Positions 33,877 through 42,931 of a stretch of 44,171 nt of DNA are shown one piece after another. The stretch spans positions 1 to 44,171 of the IMG/VR virus record IMGVR_UViG_3300012940_000011. One strand, 5' to 3'. The notes beneath the pieces are model-generated. The model did no database searches. It was not told the DNA's origin and worked only from the letters and a program-made list of their open reading frames with translations. Both the position numbers and the translations under genes were made by a program. Position 1 is the first letter of the stretch; every line of letters starts with the position of its first letter. Source of the DNA: a virus. Lineage: Duplodnaviria > Caudoviricetes.

Positions 33877-36012
33877 ATGGCAGGAATTCGTGACAATCTA
33901 GCTCGGCAGGATTTCGAGGAAATCCCGCGCACGCGCTCCAAGACGCCATCGGGCTTCGATAGCGATAGCGATTTTCTTGAGGATATGCGGGCGAAATACG
34001 AATGGGGCTATGGCTTCAACGAGCACAACATCCTCGCCGGCAAGGAAGACGCCAAATTCACAGTCGGCAACCAATGGGATCCGGTCGTTGAGCAGCGCCG
34101 GAAGGATCAGCGCAAGCCCGTCCTGACATTCAACCGCCTGGTCGCCTTCGTCTCGCAAATCGTCGGCAACCGCCTCATGAATGAGACGGAAATCCGCGTG
34201 TACCCCGACAAGGCTGGCACCAAGCCCATCGCGGAAATCCGTGAAGGTATCATTCGCTCGATCTTCAAGAATTCCAACGCCGATTTCGCTCGCGACGAAG
34301 CCGCCAAGTATCAGGTCGTCGGCGGCGAGGGGTATTTCACGCTCGCGGTGGAATACGCCAGTGATGACGTTTTCGAGCAGGAAATCAAGATCAACGCCGT
34401 GACCGATCCCTATTCGGTCGTGATTGACCCGCTCGCTATCGAACCGAGCGGGGAGGATGCCCAATGGGGCTTCGTCGGCGACGATATTCCGCAGCAGGAA
34501 TTCAAGCGTCGCTGGCCTTGGGCTGCCGAGGTTTCCTTCCTCAACGAAAAGCGCTGGAACCAGAGCGGCTTTTGGTTGTCCGAGGATTGCGTTCGCATCG
34601 TGTCCTATTGGCGCATGGTGACGGAAGGCACAAAGGTTCTCGCGCTCTACCAGGACGGCACGGTGCATGACGTGACCGAAATGGAAGAATTCGAGTATAT
34701 CAATTTCGTGGAAACGCGCTCGGACGGCAGTCCGTATATCCGTGAAGTGCCCAAGCGGTTCGCCCGCCTCTATGTGTGCTCGGGCAACGCGATTCTCGAA
34801 GGGCCCTACGATTATCCGATTTCGTCGATCCCGATTTACCGCGTGCCGGGTTGGGAATTGAACGATGGCGAAAAGGTCCACCGTTGGGGCCTTATCCGTT
34901 TCCTGAAAGACCCGCAGCGCCTTCACAATTATTGGCGCTCGACCGTGGCCGAGCAGCTTGTGGCGGCGCCTCGCAACAAGTGGCTCACGACGCCCGACGC
35001 AGTGAAGGGGCATGAGGTGAAATGGCGCCGCGCGCCCACCAGCGATGACCCGTTCCTGTATTTCAACGATGGCGAGCAGCCGCCGCAGCACATTCCGCCG
35101 CCGGGGATCGACGCCGCGTTGGTGAACGAAGCCGCGATCTCGACGCAGGACATGAAGGATATCTCGAATATCCATGAAGCCTCGCTCGGGATGCCGAGCA
35201 ACGAGGTTTCCAAGGTCGCGATCCAGCAGCGCCAGATGGTTTCAGACGTTGGCAGCTACATTTATGTGGACCGGCGTCGCCTGGCCGATCAACGGTGCGC
35301 GAAGAACATCAACGAGCTTATCCCATTCATCTACGACACGCAGCGCACGCTTGCCGTGGTTGGCCGCGACGATAAAACCGTGATGATGACGATCAACGAC
35401 CCGAGCGACCCGAATTCGGACGTGACGGTTGGCAAATACGGCGTCACGGTGAGCGTCGGCCCGGCCAGTGAAACCAAGCGCACGCTCGCGGCCGAGCAGA
35501 TGATGGCTTTCGTGAACGCGATGCCACAAACCGCTGGCGTCGTGATGGACCTCGTGGCCGAGGCACAGGATTGGCCGAAGAGCGGCGAATTCGCGCAGCG
35601 GTTCAAGATGCTCCTGCCGCCGGGCACGATCCCGGAAGACGAAATGACGCCGGAAATGAAGCAGATGCAGGCGCAAAACCAGCAGATGCAGGCGATGCAG
35701 CAGCAGCTTGCGCAGGCGCAGGCCGAAGCCGATCTCAACGCGAAACAGGCCAAGGCCGCGAACGACGAAGCCCGCGCACGGCTCGCCGAGGCGCAAGCCT
35801 ACAAGGCCATTATCGACGCGCAGAGCCGAGCGGCGGACGTGGAGAGCAAAAGCGAAGAGCGCGCGGCCAAGGTGGACGATCAGGAATTCCGCCAGGTCAT
35901 GCAAACGCTCGACCAGCACAATTCCTTGGTTGGCGAAGATCGGGACTTCGACGACCGCAGGGAGGAACGTCAATCCCGAATCATGAACGGAGAACAGGAA
36001 AATGAGCGGTAA
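33877..36012 (+). CDS. Portal protein (P22 gp1-like)
   Basis: GNQW, P.LTFN, G.IR.LKDPQR..NY, S..AIQQRQ, Gln-rich C-terminal barrel. Confidence 0.9.
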   Translation: MAGIRDNLARQDFEEIPRTRSKTPSGFDSDSDFLEDMRAKYEWGYGFNEHNILAGKEDAKFTVGNQWDPVVEQRRKDQRKPVLTFNRLVAFVSQIVGNRLMNETEIRVYPDKAGTKPIAEIREGIIRSIFKNSNADFARDEAAKYQVVGGEGYFTLAVEYASDDVFEQEIKINAVTDPYSVVIDPLAIEPSGEDAQWGFVGDDIPQQEFKRRWPWAAEVSFLNEKRWNQSGFWLSEDCVRIVSYWRMVTEGTKVLALYQDGTVHDVTEMEEFEYINFVETRSDGSPYIREVPKRFARLYVCSGNAILEGPYDYPISSIPIYRVPGWELNDGEKVHRWGLIRFLKDPQRLHNYWRSTVAEQLVAAPRNKWLTTPDAVKGHEVKWRRAPTSDDPFLYFNDGEQPPQHIPPPGIDAALVNEAAISTQDMKDISNIHEASLGMPSNEVSKVAIQQRQMVSDVGSYIYVDRRRLADQRCAKNINELIPFIYDTQRTLAVVGRDDKTVMMTINDPSDPNSDVTVGKYGVTVSVGPASETKRTLAAEQMMAFVNAMPQTAGVVMDLVAEAQDWPKSGEFAQRFKMLLPPGTIPEDEMTPEMKQMQAQNQQMQAMQQQLAQAQAEADLNAKQAKAANDEARARLAEAQAYKAIIDAQSRAADVESKSEERAAKVDDQEFRQVMQTLDQHNSLVGEDRDFDDRREERQSRIMNGEQENER

Positions 36013-37033
36013 AAGCGAGGGCAGCACGCCCGAATTCGACGAATTCGTGGCCTCGGGAGAGGTGGAGGTTGGCGATACCAATCTCGCTTCGCAGGAGGAA
36101 GAACAGCCGAAAAAGGCTGCGCCGCGTCGCGGGCCCCCGAAGCCGGCTGCCAAGGCGGAAGCCGCTGCGCCAGCCGAGGACGATGCCGATCAACAGGGCG
36201 CCGACGATGACGACGACCAGCAGGACGGCGCCGACGAAGGCGAGGAAGGCGACGATCAGCAGGAAGGCGACGAAAAGCCGAAAAAGACGGCGCGCGATCA
36301 TCAGATTGAACGTCTCAAGCGGGAAAAAGCCGAGCTTGCCCGGCAGCTTCGCGAGGCCAGCAACAGCGAGTTGGCCCGCCGGCTGGAAAATCTCGAAAAG
36401 GGCTTGCAGGGCGGAAACGGTGGTGGTAATTCCAACGCCGGGACACCTGAACCGGATCCTACGGATACGGAAAAGTATCCCCTCGGGCACCTCGACGACC
36501 GTTATATCGAGGATAAGCTCGAATGGCTTGCCGAGAAAAAGGCAGCCGAGCGAGCCGATGCGGTCCTGCAACGTCAGCAGGAAAACGAGCGAAACGCTGC
36601 CATTCAACGCGAACAGCAGGAATTGCTCGGGAAGGTCGATGACCTCGCAATACGCGGTTCCGATCTCTACGAAGACTTCCAGGAAAGCGTAGTCGAAGCC
36701 GGTATGCGAGGCGATTGGGATCTCTCCCAAGCGACCTTCGAGGCTGCGCACGAAGCCGAGAACGGCGCGCAAATCCTCTACGAATTGAGCCAGGACAAGA
36801 AGGAAGCGGCCCGCGTGGCCCGCCTTTCTCCTTACCAGCAGATGAAATTCGTGCAGGAGCGTGACGCCGAAATTGGCAAGGGCAAGACGCCGCGTCGCAT
36901 CCCGCGAGCCGGCGAGCCTCCCAAGAACATCGCGCGAGGGGCCAATTCCCGGACGCAGATCAACCCGGCGACCGACAATCTCGACGATTTCGAGAAGGCT
37001 TGGGAAGCCGACGCCAAGAGAGGCAACAGGTAA
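36002..37033 (+). CDS. Scaffolding protein
   Basis: Acidic N-terminus and coiled coils; lies between portal and coat. Confidence 0.8.
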   Translation: MSGKSEGSTPEFDEFVASGEVEVGDTNLASQEEEQPKKAAPRRGPPKPAAKAEAAAPAEDDADQQGADDDDDQQDGADEGEEGDDQQEGDEKPKKTARDHQIERLKREKAELARQLREASNSELARRLENLEKGLQGGNGGGNSNAGTPEPDPTDTEKYPLGHLDDRYIEDKLEWLAEKKAAERADAVLQRQQENERNAAIQREQQELLGKVDDLAIRGSDLYEDFQESVVEAGMRGDWDLSQATFEAAHEAENGAQILYELSQDKKEAARVARLSPYQQMKFVQERDAEIGKGKTPRRIPRAGEPPKNIARGANSRTQINPATDNLDDFEKAWEADAKRGNR

Positions 37034-37042
37034 TTTTCGCGG

Positions 37043-37088
37043 TATCGGGATACTCCGATCCGCTTTTTGAGGAAGGAGTATCCCGATG
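37043..37088 (+). promoter_or_regulatory. RBS-sequestering hairpin in the capsid leader
   Basis: ATCGGGATACTCC (37044-56) pairs perfectly with GGAGTATCCCGAT (37075-87). Confidence 0.75.
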
Positions 37089-38408
37089 GGTGCCGTTACT
37101 GCCGAACAGCAAAAGCTGGTTCTCAACGCCTTCTCAATGGTGCTGCAGAACAACCTTGTGACCGCGAACGCTGTTTCGTGGAACGAATATGATGGGGAAA
37201 TGGACGACCGCAACGGCCTCCAGGTTCTCGAACAGATCACCCCGCGCTACAACGTGACGCGCACCGAAAACGGCGTGAAGGATCTTTCCTCCGGCACGGA
37301 TGGTACGGTGTTCGGTTCCGAGCTTTTCGAGGTGACGGGCACCTTCAACGCCAACATGGGGTGGGGCGATTTCGTCAAGATCAAGACCATCGGCGACGCT
37401 CGCGAGAGCAAGGCGCTTCTCGGCGCCGCGACCAGCATGGCCGAGAAGATTGACGCCTACATTCTCCAAAAGGCGGTGCTGGCCTCGGCCGACTGGCTCG
37501 GCGACGGTTCCACGAGTATCGACGAATGGGCGGACGCTGCCGCCGCCTATGCACGCCTCAAGGAAAACGGCGTGGACGATTCGGACCTGTCCTATATTTT
37601 CAACCACACCGACGAAATGAAGCTCGGCGACAGCGTGGTGAAGCTGCCGGGACCGGACCAGTTTTCGACCACGACTTTCCGCAAGGGCTTCTCGGGCGAA
37701 TTGAACGGCATCCGTACGATGTTCACCAACCAGCTTCCCGTTCTCACGACCGGGACGCGCACTGGCACGGGCACGAACGTCATGGAGGTGGACGGCGCCA
37801 ACCAGAATGTCAATTACGCGGACGTGGCGAAGGCTGGCTCAGTCAACGGGCGTCACATGACGCAGACCTTGAAAATCACCGATGCCTCCACGGCAACGGC
37901 GACTTTCAAGGCAGGTGAGGTGTTCACCATCGCGGGCGTCTACGCTTACGATAACCGCAAGCAGGCCCCGGTTTCGCCGGCTCGCTTGCAGCAGTTTACC
38001 GTGGTCGCCGACGCGACGGCGGTGGGTGGCGACGTTACGCTCACTATCTTCCCGGCGATCATCGTTCCAGGCTCGGGCTCGGGCGACAACGTGAACATCA
38101 ACACCGCCCATGCGACCGTGACCGCTGCACCGGCTGACAACGCCGATATCACGTTCATCGGCGCCGCCAGCACTACGCTCTCGCCGCGCGTGCTGATCCA
38201 GAAGCAGGCGGTGGTGGTCAACACCGTGCCACTGATCCTTCCGGCTTCGGATACGTCCATGCGTCGCCGCCTGTCCAAGATCCCGCTGACTGTCCGCATG
38301 TGGCAGCACAGCGATTTCTACACGGGCGCGCATGGGGTGCGGTTCGACGTGGCGCTCAACACGAATATCCGCGAACGTCTGCGGATTGCTCGCGTCAACG
38401 GCAGTTAA
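37086..38408 (+). CDS. Major capsid protein (P22 coat gp5-like)
   Basis: 440 aa after the scaffold; FKAGEVFTIAGV, LQQFTVVAD, RFDV motifs. Confidence 0.9.
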   Translation: MGAVTAEQQKLVLNAFSMVLQNNLVTANAVSWNEYDGEMDDRNGLQVLEQITPRYNVTRTENGVKDLSSGTDGTVFGSELFEVTGTFNANMGWGDFVKIKTIGDARESKALLGAATSMAEKIDAYILQKAVLASADWLGDGSTSIDEWADAAAAYARLKENGVDDSDLSYIFNHTDEMKLGDSVVKLPGPDQFSTTTFRKGFSGELNGIRTMFTNQLPVLTTGTRTGTGTNVMEVDGANQNVNYADVAKAGSVNGRHMTQTLKITDASTATATFKAGEVFTIAGVYAYDNRKQAPVSPARLQQFTVVADATAVGGDVTLTIFPAIIVPGSGSGDNVNINTAHATVTAAPADNADITFIGAASTTLSPRVLIQKQAVVVNTVPLILPASDTSMRRRLSKIPLTVRMWQHSDFYTGAHGVRFDVALNTNIRERLRIARVNGS

Positions 38409-38429
38409 CCACGGATTCCTCCCCATCCG

Positions 38430-38471
38430 TCCGGGGTGGAGAGGATTTCCGGGGTGGAGAGGATTTCCGGG
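38430..38471 (+). repeat. 18-bp tandem repeat x2.3 in the post-capsid intergenic region
   Basis: tccggggtggagaggatt x2 plus tccggg. Confidence 0.9.
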
Positions 38472-38493
38472 AAATTTCACAGGAGAAGTACAC

Positions 38494-38742
38494 ATGTCCG
38501 ACAATAACGCTCCACTCGGACCGAACGACCGCATTTCAATCATTCGCCGCGACGCGAATGGCGTTGGTACGCCGGGTTCGGTGCCGCCGAACCTTGCGAC
38601 GGGAGCCGCGTTCACGCCCGGCGGGAATATTGCGGACGTAACGCCCACCAATGGCGCTGACAGTGACGGGCCGGCGCGGCTCGCGATCAACGGCATTCTC
38701 GCGATTTTGGAGGCCAACGGCCTCATGGAGCCTTCGGCTTAA
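38494..38742 (+). CDS. Small virion protein (head decoration/fibre-like)
   Basis: AGGAG RBS; C-terminal INGILAILEANGL. Confidence 0.65.
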   Translation: MSDNNAPLGPNDRISIIRRDANGVGTPGSVPPNLATGAAFTPGGNIADVTPTNGADSDGPARLAINGILAILEANGLMEPSA

Positions 38743-38780
38743 TCGCGATCAATCTCGCTCCGTTCTCCGGGCGACGGTTG

Positions 38781-38818
38781 AGGGTACCCCGCCATACCCG
38801 CTTGGCGGGGTACCTTTT
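38781..38818 (+). terminator. Intrinsic terminator
   Basis: GGTACCCCGCCA-N8-TGGCGGGGTACC-TTTT. Confidence 0.8.
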
Positions 38819-38839
38819 CAGTTTGAAAGGAATTGAAAA

Positions 38840-39109
38840 ATGTCGGCGGTGCGCGAACGTTTCAACCCGGTGCTCATGGGTGCCAATTCCTCCTACAGGA
38901 TCGACGGGCCGCACATGGGTGGTTTCCTCGCCAAGACCAGCGGTACGATCACCGTGGCCGGCCGGGACGCCCTCGGCACCAGCGCCGCGACCTTCGTGGA
39001 CGCCATCCCTGTCACCGCTGGCATCTACACACCGATCCCGCTGATTTTTCCGTCGCCTGGCGCGACCGTGACGCTGGCCGGCGGCGCGAGCGGAACGCTC
39101 ATGGTGTGA
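38840..39109 (+). CDS. Small beta-rich virion protein
   Basis: AAAGGA RBS; structural cluster. Confidence 0.7.
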   Translation: MSAVRERFNPVLMGANSSYRIDGPHMGGFLAKTSGTITVAGRDALGTSAATFVDAIPVTAGIYTPIPLIFPSPGATVTLAGGASGTLMV

Positions 39110-39110
39110 T

Positions 39111-39401
39111 ATGCTGATCGCTTGGGCACATCAGCAAATGGCGGCAGATGCGAGGATCCCAATTATCCTCGCTTTCACCGAGGGCAATATTTTGTTGCCC
39201 GATGACGTGGACGGCGCTCCGGACTGGTTTGACCAAGCGGATTTCATACTGACATTTTCCGATGAGGGTCATGTCGAAATGGTATGGACTGACGACCATT
39301 GGGAAGTCGCGGAAGGTGTTTTTCCATCGGCGGACGGTACTGCGATTTTGTCGCAGGGTATTCGCACGATCCCTGCCGAATATTCCGGTGCGGAAATTTA
39401 G
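39111..39401 (+). CDS. Hypothetical protein
   Basis: Tiles the operon; acidic. Confidence 0.55.
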   Translation: MLIAWAHQQMAADARIPIILAFTEGNILLPDDVDGAPDWFDQADFILTFSDEGHVEMVWTDDHWEVAEGVFPSADGTAILSQGIRTIPAEYSGAEI

Positions 39402-39416
39402 AAGGAGAACGTCATA

Positions 39417-39761
39417 ATGTCAAAGCTCACTTGGCCCGCGTGGTTTAGCAGCCCGAAGGGCGACGCATCCGCGATTTTCGAGAAGGCCGAAGACGTGCCG
39501 GCTGGCTGGACCTCGGGCGCTGAAAAGCAGACCGTGGGTGGAAAGCTCGCCAAGGAACCGGCGAAGGAATCGGCGAAGGAACCGGCCGCAGCAGCCCCGG
39601 CGAGCGGCGACGGTGCGCCCGTCGAGCTTGACACGGCCGGGTGGCCTTGGACGGCCGAGCTTCACGCCAGCAGCAAGAGCAAGACCAAGGATGGGCTCTG
39701 GCGGATGAAGGTCGGCGTGCGCCGTCCCGATCCGAAGCCGGGCTATCCGCTCGACCTGTAA
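39417..39761 (+). CDS. Small protein with a GWPW..LHAS..KTKDGLWR domain, ends PLDL
   Basis: AAGGAG RBS; domain shared with 16260-17039. Confidence 0.75.
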   Translation: MSKLTWPAWFSSPKGDASAIFEKAEDVPAGWTSGAEKQTVGGKLAKEPAKESAKEPAAAAPASGDGAPVELDTAGWPWTAELHASSKSKTKDGLWRMKVGVRRPDPKPGYPLDL

Positions 39762-39782
39762 TTTAGCCTATGGAGCGTTTCC

Positions 39783-40553
39783 GTGACCCTGATTTCGTCG
39801 ATTATCACCGATGCCTTCCGGGAGGGCAATATCCTCCCGCTCGGCAAGGCGCCGAACACGAACCAGGCTGCGGAAGCGCTCCGGTTGCTCAACGGGATTT
39901 TCTCGTCGATCTACGGCGATGAAGCCGGCGAGGGATTGACTGATTGGCCCCTTGGCAATTTCGGACGCGAGAGCCCCGAATACGACCTTGCCTATACGGA
40001 CCAGCGCATTGATCATCCGACGATTAACCGCCGGCTGATCGCAGTCAACACCGAAGCCAAGACCATCTATCTCACGCTGCGGCCGCAGGACGGCGCGCGG
40101 ATGGGGATCGCCGATCCTTTCGGGCGCTTGGCTTCCGTTCCGGTAACGCTTGACGCCAACGGCCGCACTATCGAAGGTGCAGCTACCCTTTTGCTCGACA
40201 ACAATGGGCTCAACCGGGAATGGTTCTACCGTGCCGATCTTGGGGATTGGGTGCGCCTCACGCAAAAGGCCGATACGGACGAAATGCCGTTTCCGGCCGA
40301 CTTCGACAATTTCTTTATCACGCTGCTCGCCATGCGGCTTAATCCCCGCTACGGCCGGTCGATGGACGATCAAAGCGCGCTCATTTACAAGAGCGAGCGC
40401 AGGAAATTTGTCGCGCGCTATCTGCAATCCATGCCGCTCGAAATTCTCGACGATATTTCGTGGCCGTTCATGTCTACGCAGAGCTACGACCAGCAGCGCG
40501 AATTTTCCTCCAATCGGGCATTCGACCGGGGCAGTTATTTTTGGGGCGGATAA
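39783..40553 (+). CDS. Head-tail adaptor (P22 gp4-like)
   Basis: IITDAFRE..I.......AL..LN N-terminus; LAMRLNPRYG. Confidence 0.75.
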   Translation: MTLISSIITDAFREGNILPLGKAPNTNQAAEALRLLNGIFSSIYGDEAGEGLTDWPLGNFGRESPEYDLAYTDQRIDHPTINRRLIAVNTEAKTIYLTLRPQDGARMGIADPFGRLASVPVTLDANGRTIEGAATLLLDNNGLNREWFYRADLGDWVRLTQKADTDEMPFPADFDNFFITLLAMRLNPRYGRSMDDQSALIYKSERRKFVARYLQSMPLEILDDISWPFMSTQSYDQQREFSSNRAFDRGSYFWGG

Positions 40554-40556
40554 GTC

Positions 40557-41816
40557 ATGGCCGATATTCCTCTCGCACGGAGCGATTATTTCCGGGCTGT
40601 AGCGAAGGAAGCGCGCATCCGCACGCGGAACCGCTATTTCGAGGCAAACCCCGTTCTCACCGAGACGCAGGTAGCCTTGATCGCCCGGCCGGGGCTGCGG
40701 CGCTGGCTCTATGTCGGCGAGGGCCCCATTCGCGGCATCTACAGTCAGCCGGGCAGCTTCAACGACGCGCTTTTCGTCGTCTCGGGCTCAGAGTGGTGGC
40801 GCGTGGACAAGGACGGCACCAAGACGCTCCTGCAAGCTGGAATTCAGGGTGGTGAGGCGTCGGTGAGCATGGCGGGCACCGCGAATATCGGTGAAACGCC
40901 CGAATTTATGTTCCTGGCGGACGGGGCGATTTTGTATTGCTATATCGAGAATGGTTTTGCCACGGGGACGATTTCCGGCTCGCCCGCGAATAATGACGTG
41001 GTGCGTGTCGGAAGCATGTATTACAAGTTCACCAACGCGAGCGTTGACGCGGGCACGCCGGACGGCACAGTTGGAAATCCGTGGCTGGTGGCCTTGGGGT
41101 TGACCGATACTTTGTCATGGGAAAACCTTGGTGCAGCTTTTGGTGCGGCGGGTATCGCCGGCACGCAATATAGTACGGTGCTTACGGCCAACGAGGAAAT
41201 CCAGGTCAATTCTTACGGTGCTACCTCTCTCGGCGTGAGGGCGAACGCAATTGGGGCGCTCGGGAATTCGGTTGTGACTACCGAAACAGGATCGGCAATT
41301 GCATGGACTTCTGGCACGCTCACAGGAGGCGGTGCGCCCTCGGTGACGCAGGTTGATACGCCCGATGACGTGGGAATTATCAGCCTCGGCTATATCGCGT
41401 CCTATGTCGTGTGCGTGCCGGCGCAAGGTCAGGGGATCAACGGCCGGTTTTTCTGGATCGACCCCGGCGAAACGGTGATCGACCCGCTGGACTTTGCCAC
41501 GGCCGAGCGGGCGCCGGATCCCATCTACAATGTCGTGGTTTTCGGCGATCAATTCTGGTTGCCGGGTGCCAGCACGACCGAAGTATGGTATTTCACCGGC
41601 AACGAAGATAGTCCCGTGCTGCGCTTGCAGGGTGTGACCTTCGACCGAGGCACCTGGGAAGGCACGGCGTTGCAGGTCAAGGAAAGCATGATCATTGTGG
41701 ACAACGATGGCGGCGTTTTCCAAATCGCGGGAGGTTTGAAAAGAATTAGCCGTCCTGATATTGAAGAGCGCGTGCGCAAATCTATTCAGTATCAGGCATC
41801 GAAAATTTTGTATTAA
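40557..41816 (+). CDS. Tail hub/nozzle protein, N-terminal half (P22 gp10-like)
   Basis: RPGL, IRG, DFATAERAPD, TTEVWYFTG, ends at ISRPDIEERVRK. Confidence 0.8.
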   Translation: MADIPLARSDYFRAVAKEARIRTRNRYFEANPVLTETQVALIARPGLRRWLYVGEGPIRGIYSQPGSFNDALFVVSGSEWWRVDKDGTKTLLQAGIQGGEASVSMAGTANIGETPEFMFLADGAILYCYIENGFATGTISGSPANNDVVRVGSMYYKFTNASVDAGTPDGTVGNPWLVALGLTDTLSWENLGAAFGAAGIAGTQYSTVLTANEEIQVNSYGATSLGVRANAIGALGNSVVTTETGSAIAWTSGTLTGGGAPSVTQVDTPDDVGIISLGYIASYVVCVPAQGQGINGRFFWIDPGETVIDPLDFATAERAPDPIYNVVVFGDQFWLPGASTTEVWYFTGNEDSPVLRLQGVTFDRGTWEGTALQVKESMIIVDNDGGVFQIAGGLKRISRPDIEERVRKSIQYQASKILY

Positions 41817-41828
41817 GGGATTGGTCAA

Positions 41829-42929
41829 ATGGCTGTACTCCACATGGACGATTTTTCCGGCTACGGCACCAATGTGGATTTGTTGCTGGCCGGTGTTTAC
41901 GCACAGGCCGGCGAAACCAACATTTCCGGCTTTGGTGTCAGTTTGACGGCCGATCCCGATGGTGTCAGTCCGGGCCGTGTGTTGCGCATGAATAACGGAT
42001 ACGGCGGCGGTGGTAATTATCGAATTCTGCGCAAGGTGCTGCCGAACGGCGCGGTGGCAGTCGTGGGCGTGATGCTGCGCGTGTGGCTTCCTGTTTTGCC
42101 GACGCTTGGTCGTATCGCACCGATCTCGCTTCTCGACGGTTCGGCGAACAGTCTTTACACGCTTACCGTGACTTCGACCGGCGCGTTGGAAATCAGGGAT
42201 GGTGATCACAATGGCACCGTTCTCTATACGTCCGCGCTGCCGGAGATCACGGCGCAAGGCTGGTATCATATCGAATGGAAAGCAGTCATCGACCCGGCCA
42301 GCGGCAGTTTCGAGGTTCGTGTTGAAGGATTGCCGGTCGCAGGGCTCGTGCAGAGCGAAATCAACACGGGTTCGACCAGTGTGGCGCAAATCGGCAATAT
42401 TCAGGATAGCGATAACACAAGCGCCGGCCATGACTATTTCATCAAGGATTACGTCATTTGGGATGCCAGCGGCAGCGACGTGACCGATTTTGTCGGCACC
42501 TGTATTCTTAACGGTCATACGCTCACCGAAGACGTGGATTTGAATTGGACCCCGGTCGGAGAAGCCACCGGCATCGCGATCCTCAACCGTATTCCTCCCG
42601 ATCCGGATTTCTACATTTACGCGCCGGATGATCCACTTCCCGCGCCTTACCAAGCCGATTTTTCGCCGTTGCCCGAAGACGTGGTGAGCGTTAAGGCGGT
42701 CATGGTCCGCTACATGGCGGCAAAAAATGACGGCGGCGATGCTTCGGTGCAATCGGCGCTCGTGAGTGACCCGGACGGGACGGCGGACGTGGTGCTCGGG
42801 GCCAATCGGAATATCACTATTGCGCAAACTTTCTGGTCGGATATTTATCATCGCGACCCGAAAACCGATGCCCCCTGGCTTCCCGCGTCGCTCAACGAAG
42901 CGAATGTGCTATTCGATAGGACAACCTGA
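41829..42929 (+). CDS. Virion protein with lectin-like beta-sandwich (putative receptor-binding/tail appendage)
   Basis: WYHIEWK....GSFEVRVEG; DPKTDAPW....N C-terminus; tail cluster. Confidence 0.65.
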   Translation: MAVLHMDDFSGYGTNVDLLLAGVYAQAGETNISGFGVSLTADPDGVSPGRVLRMNNGYGGGGNYRILRKVLPNGAVAVVGVMLRVWLPVLPTLGRIAPISLLDGSANSLYTLTVTSTGALEIRDGDHNGTVLYTSALPEITAQGWYHIEWKAVIDPASGSFEVRVEGLPVAGLVQSEINTGSTSVAQIGNIQDSDNTSAGHDYFIKDYVIWDASGSDVTDFVGTCILNGHTLTEDVDLNWTPVGEATGIAILNRIPPDPDFYIYAPDDPLPAPYQADFSPLPEDVVSVKAVMVRYMAAKNDGGDASVQSALVSDPDGTADVVLGANRNITIAQTFWSDIYHRDPKTDAPWLPASLNEANVLFDRTT

Positions 42930-42931
42930 CA

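Noticed and set aside
38332-38742. Programmed frameshift fusing capsid to the downstream protein
   Set aside because: The +1 frame is open across the capsid stop, but I see no slippery site in the capsid 3' end and the downstream gene has its own AGGAG RBS at 38494.
39975-39992. Internal EYDL in the gp4-like adaptor
   Set aside because: Not C-terminal; a single internal occurrence is compatible with chance.
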